From Candidatus Hodarchaeum mangrovi (GTDB taxonomy: Archaea; Asgardarchaeota; Heimdallarchaeia; Hodarchaeales; Hodarchaeaceae): 64,000 nt of DNA. The position numbers and the translations under genes were made by a program. Below the pieces are notes generated by a model. The model was not told the DNA's origin, searched no databases, and saw only the letters and a program-made list of their open reading frames with translations. Below are positions 22,532 through 32,057 of this stretch, in pieces (the first letter of the stretch is position 1; every line of letters starts with the position of its first letter). Location of the stretch: contig JAEOUE010000207.1 in the NCBI GenBank assembly GCA_016839515.1, positions 28,528-92,527 of the forward strand. Reading direction: 5' to 3'.

Positions 22532-23145
22532 ACTTCATCAAGAGTTTTTCTTTTTTTAACAAATAGAAAATATTTTGGAGATCCATCTAATTCAGAGAGA
22601 ATTCGATTGGCAAATAAGGAAATAGGATCAGATATTCCCGTACGAATCGAGAAATCTTCAAATGATTCAAAAGGTGCTTTTTTACGGGTGTCTAATATTG
22701 CCCACAATCTTTTATTCCCAATCCCTGGAAGCAACTGTAACTGATGCATTTGAGTTGTGAGGGGATGAGCTTGATTCAAGAATTGAATAAATCGTTTCTC
22801 AGAGTTCTTAATGATTTCTGTAATAACTTGAGTTAGAATTGAACTAGCTGAATTAGAGATTTGATTTAGAGATGTTTGATTTACCTTAATTATTCGTTTA
22901 TTTTTAGGTGAAATCATTATTGCATCATTTACTTTTAGGCCTGTTCCTGCAGTCATTGTTACATCGAAAAATTCGAACCATTGTGACGTTATAACTACAG
23001 CTAAGGGATTAAAATCCTCAGAACGCCTCCGACTCAATGATTTTCCTTGAGGATAAAAGTCAATAACGATAGCAGTACCTAAATCTTCAAATCTAGGTTT
23101 TAAGTCTCTATTTTCCCGTTTAGGTTTAATATCTCGTTGTTTCAT
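22528..23145 (-). CDS. DUF655 (COG1491) putative RNA-binding protein
   Basis: FLNQAHPLTTQMHQLQLLPGIG...PFESFED; conserved neighbour of ksgA. Confidence 0.88.
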   Translation of the reverse strand: MKQRDIKPKRENRDLKPRFEDLGTAIVIDFYPQGKSLSRRRSEDFNPLAVVITSQWFEFFDVTMTAGTGLKVNDAIMISPKNKRIIKVNQTSLNQISNSASSILTQVITEIIKNSEKRFIQFLNQAHPLTTQMHQLQLLPGIGNKRLWAILDTRKKAPFESFEDFSIRTGISDPISLFANRILSELDGSPKYFLFVKKRKTLDEV

Positions 23146-23374
23146 CCATCAATTTCCTCAATGGGTTATAAAGAAGTCATTTGGTTTCACTTTTAAAATC
23201 TTATAAGCTTTTTTTCTTTGACTTTTTTACTTTAACGATATCATTCTTATTTTAAAAGAAATTAATGTTTTCTTTGACTTTTTTTAAGCTTTTTAAAATT
23301 CTCATTTTCACATCAGTCTCTCATTCTGTATTTAATTTACATATAAGGTTCCTATCTTTTTCCTTGGTGATTAT

Positions 23375-24388
23375 GTGAATTTTAACTGTCTAGAGTGTGG
23401 TGGAAATTTAGTACAAACAGAGTCAGACTTAGTTTGTATAAATTGTGGGTTGGTGGCAAATAGTATTTTTGAAAATCCTGCAATTCAACTTATAAAAGCA
23501 GAAAAAAGTTATGGTAGTCAGTATGCTTCAATAAGTGAAAGGCCTGCAAATATTAAATCACTTGGAACATATGTGGGAACATATCGTAAGTCTTTCCTAG
23601 CTGATATCAAAGGATCTCCATTAAAGATATCTGCAAAAAGACAGTTTCGTAGATTAAAATCATTAAACGATATTTATCTTCATTTTAGCGGAAGACAAAG
23701 GGAATATCGGGGATACAATCTTCTTTCAACAATTTGTAGTGCTTTACAAATTACAGATGCAACTAAAGCAGATGCGCTCTTTCTATTCCAAAGGATCCAT
23801 CCACATCTTCAAAGAGAAATAAAATTATCAAGAATTGTTCTTGGATCTATTTATCTATCTTTAAGATCTAGAAAAGAGAACATTGAACTTTCACGATTGG
23901 TTTCCACTGCTCAAAGTCAAGGTTATGTTATTAGAGGAAAAGATATAATTAAAGCCGCTTCTCTAATTAGACAACATGCTAGAATCCGAGTTTGTCATGT
24001 GAAATCAGAGGAATATCTAGATAATATTCTCTGTCGTCTCCAAAAAGATAACAAGATATTAACGAAACTGGAAAAAAAAGTAGTTGTAAGTAAGAATCAA
24101 TATTTTCATTACCTCAAACTTACCTCAAAAAAGCTTCTATCTCGATTTCCTTCGTTTGACCGAGGAGGTAGAAATCCGTTTATATTAGCTGCTGCTGTGA
24201 TTATTGCTTCTGATATCTTACTAGCTCAAAAGAATGTATTCCCAAATTGTTATAAAAAAAGATCAAAACGAGGAATATTAACTCAAAAATATATTGCAAA
24301 GATACTTGATATCGCAGAATTTACTCTTAGAGAACATTTTTTACTTCTAATTAAACCACTAATTGAACAGGAGCTGTCAATAGGTTAA
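23375..24388 (+). CDS. Divergent TFB/TFIIB-family protein
   Basis: N-terminal CxxC-x14-CxxCG zinc ribbon, cyclin-like repeats, GRNPFILAAA, TQKYIAKILDIAEFTLR. Confidence 0.8.
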   Translation: MNFNCLECGGNLVQTESDLVCINCGLVANSIFENPAIQLIKAEKSYGSQYASISERPANIKSLGTYVGTYRKSFLADIKGSPLKISAKRQFRRLKSLNDIYLHFSGRQREYRGYNLLSTICSALQITDATKADALFLFQRIHPHLQREIKLSRIVLGSIYLSLRSRKENIELSRLVSTAQSQGYVIRGKDIIKAASLIRQHARIRVCHVKSEEYLDNILCRLQKDNKILTKLEKKVVVSKNQYFHYLKLTSKKLLSRFPSFDRGGRNPFILAAAVIIASDILLAQKNVFPNCYKKRSKRGILTQKYIAKILDIAEFTLREHFLLLIKPLIEQELSIG

Positions 24389-24918
24389 TAACTATTTGAA
24401 TTTGAAAAGAGGATCTACTTAATCCCATTGAAGTAAAAATATAATAGATTAATTTTTCAGGAGTAAAACTTGTTTTAATTAATACTTTCCATACAAAAAA
24501 ATTACAATAGCAAAGAAAGAAAAAAAATTCAATGCTTATTGAGGGAGTTCAAATGGGGTTAAATTAACCATAATTTTAAGTAAATCTGTATTATTAAATC
24601 TGGTAATTTTAGTTTGAAATTTGCGTACACGCTATTTTCAGGGGATTACTTACTATATGAAGAAGGCAAAAGAATTGACATTTCAGAAAAAATGATCTAT
24701 TTCCCCTTTTAAAGCAAAAATCTTAATTTCTGATGATTTCCAGACAAAACACGTTGTTTCGGTTATTTATAATCCATTTTTCATATAGAGCATGGAAACA
24801 AAAGTAAGATAAAGAGAGGATCGGGTCGCTCATATGTTGGATTAAATTTTAAATATCACTCGGTAATGAAATATTTAATCCTAAAGTGTTAATACGAGTA
24901 ATATTTTGGTGAATAATA

Positions 24919-26448
24919 ATGGCAGATCTCGAAAGAATGAATCTAGTGGTCACAGGACATGTTGATCATGGTAAGTCAACTGGCCTTGGCCATATGTTGT
25001 TCTTACTCGGTCAGATTCACGATCCTAAAAAGAAACGACAACCTTGGCGAATTGCCAATAGATATTTTAACGAAAGTAAAGCCCAAGGAATGGGAAGTTG
25101 GTCCTACGCATGGATTCTTGATCCCCTTATGGATGAAAGAGAAAGGGGTCTCACAATTAACATTTCCTTCCAAGAATTTAAGACCAATAAATATATTTAT
25201 AATCTCATTGATGCACCAGGGCACAGTGACTTTATTAAAAACATGATTACTGGAGCCTCACAGGCAGATGCTGCAATTCTTGTTGTTTCAGCAAGAAAAG
25301 GAGAATTTGAAGATGGAACGAAGGTTGCTGGAACAGCTTCAGGAAAATATGCTAATGTTATTGGAATGACTACCGAACATATGCTATTACTAACCTCTCT
25401 TGGAGTTACCAATATCGTTGTGGCAATCAACAAGATGGACGTTGTGGATTGGGATCAGAAGAGATATGAACAAATTAAAACTCAAATCCATGCTGTTTTT
25501 ACACAATTAATGACCGCCCTCCAAATTGAAGGCAAAGAAAGTCGTTTAGAAGCAATAAAATATGTTCCAACAAGTGGTTTAATAGGAGTCAATCTTCTAT
25601 CTAAAGAAACAACACTTAAAAACCTAGAAGGACATATCGCAGCAGCTAAATCTGGTGGTGGAGACGCAGAATTTATTGAATCTCTTGAAAAGGAAGCTGA
25701 GGATATTAAAGCTGGATTTGATGGATTATCTTGGTATAAAGGCCCATCTTTGATGGATGCGTTAGATTTACTTGAGTCTCCAGCTGTTAGGAAGGAAACA
25801 CTGTCAAAACAACCATTACGTATTCCTATTCAACAAACATTGAACATAGGTGGAGTAGGTACAGTTTTAACAGGTCGTGTATCAAGTGGTATTTTAAAAC
25901 CAAATACAGAAATGGTCATTGCACCAACTAAGCAAAGTATAGAGCCCCTGCAAATCTCTGTTAAAACACTCCAAGAATTTCATAAAGAAATCCCACAAGC
26001 ATTACCTGGAGACAACATTGGCTTTAATATTAAAACTAAAAATATTGCTGCAAAAGATATTATCCGCGGTGCAGTTGTAAGCGAACCAAATAATCCCGCA
26101 AAAGCACTTCGACCTAATGTAGACGCATTTCTCTCTTTAGTGCTAGTAGTAAGAGGTTTAGGTAAGAAAGGAAAGAAGAAGGATGAGGTTTGGGGTATTC
26201 ATGAGAATTACTCACCAGTAGTTCATTGTGGAACAGCTCAAGTCGCATGTAGAGTAACACAGGTTCAAGAAAAAGATATGTTAAAACAGGGTGATAGAGG
26301 CATGATTTGGATGACTCCTCTTAATCCTATGGTTGTTGAACCTTTATCTCAGTCTCCAGCCTTAGGCCGTTTTGCATTGAGGGATTCAGGAAAAACCGTT
26401 GCAGTCGGGGTAGTTCAGAAAATAGAATTCGGGAAATATGCATCTTAG
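24919..26448 (+). CDS. tuf: Elongation factor 1-alpha, divergent with insertions
   Basis: GHVDHGKS, ERERGLTI, DAPGH, NKMD, PLRIPIQ, LGRFALRD. Confidence 0.88.
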   Translation: MADLERMNLVVTGHVDHGKSTGLGHMLFLLGQIHDPKKKRQPWRIANRYFNESKAQGMGSWSYAWILDPLMDERERGLTINISFQEFKTNKYIYNLIDAPGHSDFIKNMITGASQADAAILVVSARKGEFEDGTKVAGTASGKYANVIGMTTEHMLLLTSLGVTNIVVAINKMDVVDWDQKRYEQIKTQIHAVFTQLMTALQIEGKESRLEAIKYVPTSGLIGVNLLSKETTLKNLEGHIAAAKSGGGDAEFIESLEKEAEDIKAGFDGLSWYKGPSLMDALDLLESPAVRKETLSKQPLRIPIQQTLNIGGVGTVLTGRVSSGILKPNTEMVIAPTKQSIEPLQISVKTLQEFHKEIPQALPGDNIGFNIKTKNIAAKDIIRGAVVSEPNNPAKALRPNVDAFLSLVLVVRGLGKKGKKKDEVWGIHENYSPVVHCGTAQVACRVTQVQEKDMLKQGDRGMIWMTPLNPMVVEPLSQSPALGRFALRDSGKTVAVGVVQKIEFGKYAS

Positions 26449-26463
26449 ATTGCTTATTCCCAC

Positions 26464-26481
26464 TTTTCTCTCTTTTTTCTT
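26464..26481 (+). terminator. T-rich archaeal terminator-like tract
   Basis: TTTTCTCTCTTTTTTCTT 15 nt after the EF-1alpha stop. Confidence 0.4.
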
Positions 26482-26519
26482 ATTAATTTATAGTGCAATT
26501 TTTCTGGTGTCTTCTAGTA

Positions 26520-27851
26520 ATGATAGGTGATAAACCAACTATTTCTTTAATTTGGATAGGTCATGTAGATCATGGTAAATCTACTACTTTAGGCCATTTA
26601 TTGGCACAGATAGGGGTGATTGATCCCCGAACCATCGAAAAACTAAAGGAAGAAGCTATTCAGAATCAGATGGAATCATGGCAATGGGCTTATGTATTAG
26701 ACTCACTACCTGAAGAAAAAAAGAGAGGAATTACATCAGATATAGCTTTTTATCCCTTTAAAACGCAAGAAAGAAATTTTATGCTTATTGATGCACCAGG
26801 ACACAGAGATTTTGTTAGAAATATGATTAGGGGGGCTGCTCAGGCTGATGCATGTGTTCTTGTCTTAAGTGCTGTTCCAAATGATTTGAAATCTGGTTTA
26901 AAAAAAGGAAAAATAAATGATCCTGGAGGACAAACAAGAGAACATGCAATTTTAGCATCGGTATTAGGTATTGGGCAGATTATTATAGCAATTAATAAAA
27001 TGGATCTTGTTAATTATCAGGAAGAAGCATTTAAATTAGCTGTTAAGAGTATTAAGGAATTATTTAGTGAAATTCAATCCCCTTGGATGAAGAATTTCGA
27101 TTCAATACCAATTGTTCCTATTAGTGGTTATTTTGGGGAAAATTTAATAGAAAGCTCAGATAAAATGCCATGGTACTCAGGACTTACATTGATTGGAGCT
27201 TTGAATAGCCTTGAGGGAATGATTCCTAAGCGTGAAGGAATTTCTAGGTTCATAACTTATGATGTTGACGAACGTCATGGATTCGGGACTTTCTTAATAG
27301 GAAAAACTTTGGGAGCATCTTTTAAGATTGGTGATACTATAACTATTCTTCCTCAGGGAATTAACGATGAAATCAAAGATATCTGGGTTCAAGACGAGAA
27401 AAGAGAAGAAATAAAACCAGGAGAACATGGATCTATTCTTTTAAAGAGTTTTGATAAGGATGCGCTTGAAGAAGGCCTTGTATTGGCAACTCAGATGAAA
27501 AGTTATCTAAATCCATCAAGTATAAGAGCCCGTTTACTTTTACTCGAAGGAACATTGATACCTGGTAGCTCAGTGGTTTGTCATTGTGGTGCATCGTATA
27601 GTACAGGTCAAATCTCTAAAATCAACCAAATTCTTAAAAGTAATCCAATACATAAAAACCTTCCAAGAGAATTTGAAGGAAGAATAACAATCGCATTTCC
27701 TAATGAGTTGGTACAAGTTGAAATAAAATTAGATACACCAATCGTTATCGAGAAATTCAATGAATTTCCAGAACTCGGACGACTTATTTTACGCCATTCT
27801 GGACAAACAATCGCTGTTGGTATTGTCCACGATTTAATGTACGAAAAATAG
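26520..27851 (+). CDS. Second EF-1alpha-family translational GTPase (HBS1/eRF3/EFL-like paralogue)
   Basis: GHVDHGKSTT, EKKRGIT, DAPGHRDFV, GQTREH, NKMD, LGRLILR; likely start ATG 26520. Confidence 0.85.
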   Translation: MIGDKPTISLIWIGHVDHGKSTTLGHLLAQIGVIDPRTIEKLKEEAIQNQMESWQWAYVLDSLPEEKKRGITSDIAFYPFKTQERNFMLIDAPGHRDFVRNMIRGAAQADACVLVLSAVPNDLKSGLKKGKINDPGGQTREHAILASVLGIGQIIIAINKMDLVNYQEEAFKLAVKSIKELFSEIQSPWMKNFDSIPIVPISGYFGENLIESSDKMPWYSGLTLIGALNSLEGMIPKREGISRFITYDVDERHGFGTFLIGKTLGASFKIGDTITILPQGINDEIKDIWVQDEKREEIKPGEHGSILLKSFDKDALEEGLVLATQMKSYLNPSSIRARLLLLEGTLIPGSSVVCHCGASYSTGQISKINQILKSNPIHKNLPREFEGRITIAFPNELVQVEIKLDTPIVIEKFNEFPELGRLILRHSGQTIAVGIVHDLMYEK

Positions 27852-27887
27852 GAAATAAAATTCATAATAAAACTTATTTAGGATGAT

Positions 27888-28463
27888 TTAGCGAGCACTT
27901 AATGCAACACGTTCAATATCTTGCTTTCGTTTAATAGCATTTGAATTTAGGTTATTTGTTGACGCCATAATAAGCTGATCTGCTAAAATCTCTTCAAATG
28001 GCCTAATATTATTAAATGATGTTTTTCGTACAGCATCTGCAATTAGCCTGAGAGCAACATCAACTCTTCTTTGTGGAGCACTATCAACTGCAGTATGATA
28101 AACAATTCCACCATATGATATTCTAGTAGTTTCTTCTCTTGGAGCACAATTCACAATTGCATCTACTAATACTTGAACAGGATTAGTACTAGTTTTTAAT
28201 TCAATTAGATGAAAAGCAATTTTAACTGCATTGAGGGCAACGAGCTTCTTTCCAGTATTTCTACCTGGACTCATTAATTTATTTGCTAGACGTTCTACAA
28301 TATGGACATAAGACTTGTGAAACCTTTTATGCTCATGTCGGCCTGCACTATGAGGCACGAGTCTATCTGTTAAGTTTATATAACGAGCGAGACTAATATC
28401 TTTAACCTCTACTTCTCCACAGTTCCAAAGATCAAAAATTTTCATATTTTCAGAAGAACTCAT
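27888..28463 (-). CDS. rps7: 30S ribosomal protein uS7
   Basis: PHSAGRH...APREETTRI...ERVALSAR. Confidence 0.97.
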   Translation of the reverse strand: MSSSENMKIFDLWNCGEVEVKDISLARYINLTDRLVPHSAGRHEHKRFHKSYVHIVERLANKLMSPGRNTGKKLVALNAVKIAFHLIELKTSTNPVQVLVDAIVNCAPREETTRISYGGIVYHTAVDSAPQRRVDVALRLIADAVRKTSFNNIRPFEEILADQLIMASTNNLNSNAIKRKQDIERVALSAR

Positions 28464-28484
28464 TCACTTCTAACCTCTTCTAAT

Positions 28485-28808
28485 TTAGGAACGTAATTCA
28501 ATTTCTACAAAAATTAAGCGGGAAACATTTAATCGAATGATTTGTCTCATGGTTCTATCATCAGCATCTATGTCAATCAAGCGTTTATGAATACGAAGTT
28601 CATAATCTTCCCATGTAGCTGTACCCTGTCCGCTAGGGGATTTTCGTACAGGCAATCGTAATTTTTTTGTTGGTAATGGAATAGGCCCTCTCATCTTAAC
28701 TCCTGATTTTTCTGAAATTCTCTTCATTTCATCACAGATTCCATCAAGTTGCCCTACATCCGTACTCATTAAACGAATCCTTGCTACGGAAACCAAATCA
28801 TAATTCAC
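28485..28808 (-). CDS. rps10: 30S ribosomal protein uS10
   Basis: GPIPLPTKKL...RKSPSGQG...RIHKRLIDI. Confidence 0.97.
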   Translation of the reverse strand: MNYDLVSVARIRLMSTDVGQLDGICDEMKRISEKSGVKMRGPIPLPTKKLRLPVRKSPSGQGTATWEDYELRIHKRLIDIDADDRTMRQIIRLNVSRLIFVEIELRS

Positions 28809-29019
28809 CTAAAGAATTTTGCTTTATCTCTTTCAAGAGTGCTCGATTAGGGGGATTGATATGAGGTTATAAGCATTATTGGCTTTTAACATAGTAATTG
28901 AAGTTAGATGAATTTAGATCTTCTTCTAAATCCACATATGTATTATAATTATTAATGAAGAATTCTAAGATGATCCTGTAAATATTACATTAATAAAGCC
29001 ATTGAAAAACCAATATTAA

Positions 29020-29194
29020 CGCCGGGGGAGGGATTTGAACCCTCGAGTACAGGAGTACACTGGCTTTCTATCTATAGCTTGAACAATCTATAGACTCAAG
29101 GCCAGCGCCGTTCTACAGGGTAATTAAAACCTTAACCCGTCCGCTTGGCTTTCAGTTCAATTTCTTTGTAGAGGTAGAAATATGATACCCCGGC
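29020..29194 (-). tRNA. tRNA-Ser(UGA) with three introns: 8/9 (29151-29186), 20a/20b (29113-29138), 37/38 (29066-29094)
   Basis: Removing 36+26+29 nt gives an 84-nt class II cloverleaf with CTGGC CT TGA GA GCCAG, a long variable arm and G73. Confidence 0.9.
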
Positions 29195-29224
29195 AGAGCG
29201 GATGGTTTTGGGTTTATTAGTAAA

Positions 29225-29677
29225 TTAAGTAGTTTTAAAATCGTACATCACAATCGTACCACCAGAGGCAACAATAGTAAGGATAATACCAAGGAATAAT
29301 AAAGTTAATGACGTTCTTATATCATATGCAAATCTTGTAGAGTAATGAATCAGATACAATCCTCCTGTTCCAATTCCAAAGAATAAAGCAGCTATTAAAG
29401 ATTCAACGAGAAATTGCTCACTAGAAGATCGAAAAATGGGAACTAATGCATTCGCTGTTTGACCCATAGGAAGAGGATTCTCGGCAAGATCATAAATCCC
29501 ACCAGCTAGTATGAATACCACCGCAAACAAAGTAATGGCTAATAGATATTTATGAGGAGCTTCATATGGTAACTCAATTTCAGGGATACGAAAATCAATA
29601 TTAGGTCTCTTAAAACCTGGAAGCCATGGGATACCTTGAGCTTTTTCGGTTTCTTTATCATTTTGTTTTTTTGACAC
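29225..29677 (-). CDS. OSTC/DC2 (OST3/OST6-family) oligosaccharyltransferase accessory subunit
   Basis: AGGIYDLAENP...QFLVES motif with three TM helices, as in eukaryotic OSTC. Confidence 0.75.
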   Translation of the reverse strand: MSKKQNDKETEKAQGIPWLPGFKRPNIDFRIPEIELPYEAPHKYLLAITLFAVVFILAGGIYDLAENPLPMGQTANALVPIFRSSSEQFLVESLIAALFFGIGTGGLYLIHYSTRFAYDIRTSLTLLFLGIILTIVASGGTIVMYDFKTT

Positions 29678-29918
29678 TTTTTTTCCCTTTTTCTCGTCTT
29701 AATAAGAGTTTTTATCTTCAGATTATTGCTTTATTTATTTAAATTATTCTGAAATAGCTTGTAATCTCTGGAATTACTATTAAGCTTGTGATTGACATCT
29801 TAGAGTCTGGCTTTTATTGTAATTATACGATATTAGACGCTCTGAATTAAACTTAATTTCCTTTCGACTAGTAATTTATTTTTACTAAAAGTGAAATATT
29901 ATTTGAAAATCGCTATTT

Positions 29919-30971
29919 CTAGGTTTTCTCACTTTTAATTAATTTAAAAAATTCCTCTGGAGGCATACTTTCTAAATCAGATATATGTAGAATCTTAAAT
30001 GAGAGATCTTCAATACAAGTGCTATTAGAAATATTTTCATCCTCAGTAAACCAGAATGCCTTTTTTTTCAAAAATCTTGATAAACTCTCTATAGTTTGAA
30101 TACGATTTGAATTTATAGATTCATCAGGAGTAGCAACCCCAGTTAGAATAGGAAAAGAATTTTTTTTCCTGATGTTTAGGTTTCCTTCTATGTTTGGTTC
30201 TGATAAACCATCAAAAGGCTCCGATTTGAACCAAAGTACACTAAATTCTTTTTCAGCAAGATAATCTGCGACCTCTTTTTGTAATTTTGATCGTGGTAAT
30301 TTAAAATTATTTAACGTTTCTTGTGTTATGTTTTCTGTCTTAACTTCGAAAATCTCGATAGGAACATCAAGATCCTCTCCTAAAATTTCAGAGAGTAATA
30401 TAAAGCTTTCAATTTTAGGGAAACTCTCACCTTTCTCATAACGATATAAAGCATGACGAGAAATTCCAGTGAGGTTGGAAATAATGCTCATCTCTAGCTT
30501 TAACCTTTCACGACGCTCTTTAAAAAGATCATGTGATAAATTTACAAATATTCCTCCGCGATGGGCAAATTTTGAAATTTTCAGAAACTTTGAGCCTCTC
30601 TCTGAATGTAAAAGTTTACGTAAGGTTTCTAACGATATAGCAGAGATATTATGACGTCGATAAAGGGTGAGATCCGAAATCTCTTTTCCAGATGAATACA
30701 GACCAATTAATAAAGGAACACCTGAGATTAACTTCGAGATTAATAATAATTGGATGGAAACGTGTTTTTTAAAAAAATCGAAATCAATGATATTTTTAGT
30801 AATTATTTTATTTGGTGTTTGAGATACATCTAAATTCGAATCTTCAACTGCAATATAATCAAATGCTTGGGATTTACCACTATCCTCCCATAAAGAGTAC
30901 CCCGCCTTTAAAAACTCCACTTTGGAAAGATCAATCAATAAATTTTTAGTAACAGGTTCCTGTAAAGCCAT
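29919..30971 (-). CDS. COG1395-like HTH transcriptional regulator
   Basis: Central HTH GISRHALYRYEKG, preceded by HRGGIFV. Confidence 0.75.
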   Translation of the reverse strand: MALQEPVTKNLLIDLSKVEFLKAGYSLWEDSGKSQAFDYIAVEDSNLDVSQTPNKIITKNIIDFDFFKKHVSIQLLLISKLISGVPLLIGLYSSGKEISDLTLYRRHNISAISLETLRKLLHSERGSKFLKISKFAHRGGIFVNLSHDLFKERRERLKLEMSIISNLTGISRHALYRYEKGESFPKIESFILLSEILGEDLDVPIEIFEVKTENITQETLNNFKLPRSKLQKEVADYLAEKEFSVLWFKSEPFDGLSEPNIEGNLNIRKKNSFPILTGVATPDESINSNRIQTIESLSRFLKKKAFWFTEDENISNSTCIEDLSFKILHISDLESMPPEEFFKLIKSEKT

Positions 30972-31011
30972 AGCAATTCCAAGATTCTAATATTCAATTT
31001 TGTATATAAGA

Positions 31012-31105
31012 TGGACCGACCGGGATTTGAACCCGGGGTATACGGTCACTATGGGGTGAACTCCGCCTTGCGAAGGTGGCGTGATACCAACTTCACCATC
31101 GGCCC
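31012..31105 (-). tRNA. tRNA-Ala(CGC) with 21-nt intron at 45/46 (31040-31060)
   Basis: G3:U70; central helix GCGG/CCGT, bulges AG|T and AT|A, stem TCAC/GTGA; 73-nt mature tRNA. Confidence 0.92.
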
Positions 31106-31382
31106 TGATTTGCGATTAAATATCTGCATTATCATGTTTAGATTAAGTTATACTAGGAAAGAATATTGGAGTTCATCTATTCTTACAATCTATTTTAGGT
31201 ACTAAAATTTTTTTCCATTCTCCACCATTCGAATTTACACACCCAAAATCATTAATCAATTTAAAAAGATAGTGTAGAGACAAAAATATTGGATAAACAA
31301 CTCTACATTTGATATTAAAGTTGCGAATGAATCCTAATACTTAAAAAAATAAAAAATGTGAGAAAAAAGAAAATTGATTTGG

Positions 31383-31682
31383 TTACCCAAATAGAGAGGA
31401 TAATCCTAAATCATCGCCCTCTTCTTCTTTTTCTTCTTCTACTGCACCTTTGTCCTCTTTTTTAGTCTCTGTTGTAGAAGATACTGTCGGAGCGGCTGCA
31501 GACATGAGAGAAGCTCCTTTAATAGCTTCTTCAATGTTTATTCCACTTAGAGTAGCAACAAGAGCTTTTATCTTAGAATCATCCGGTTTAGCGCCGGCAG
31601 CTTTAAGAATAGCTTCAATTCCTTTTTCTGTTATTTCTTTGCCAGATGAATGTAAAACCAATGCAGCATGTAAATATTCCAA
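31383..31682 (-). CDS. rpl12: Ribosomal stalk protein P1 (aL12)
   Basis: EYLHAALVLH...acidic tail GLSSLFG; TTG start. Confidence 0.96.
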   Translation of the reverse strand: MEYLHAALVLHSSGKEITEKGIEAILKAAGAKPDDSKIKALVATLSGINIEEAIKGASLMSAAAPTVSSTTETKKEDKGAVEEEKEEEGDDLGLSSLFG

Positions 31683-32057
31683 TTAAAGTCACTTCCAGAT
31701 TTATTATCAAACAGTTCTTTGTATTTAATGATGTTAATTTTATTCTACTAACACTAAAGGGTTTTGTGTAGTATTTGAATGCATAAATTGTTACTAAGAA
31801 CCATTTATTTTCTGTTTCTGGCATTTTCGATACGATATTTATCTGTTTAACTCCCCTTTGAGAAAAGTAATAATCCAGAAATTGGATATATGAAATAAAT
31901 AAAAACTATTGCTGGGTTAAAAATAAAAAGTATAGATATTAAAAGGTTTTTTAGTAAAATAAAAAACATCTGTTTAAGGAAAATATCAAATTTTATAATA
32001 TAGATATTTTTTTGATGTAATAATTAATGATTTCGAAGAAATAATATAAAAATTGAG

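Noticed and set aside
31011-31205. 64-aa ORF
   Set aside because: It is the antisense reading of the intron-containing tRNA-Ala(CGC)
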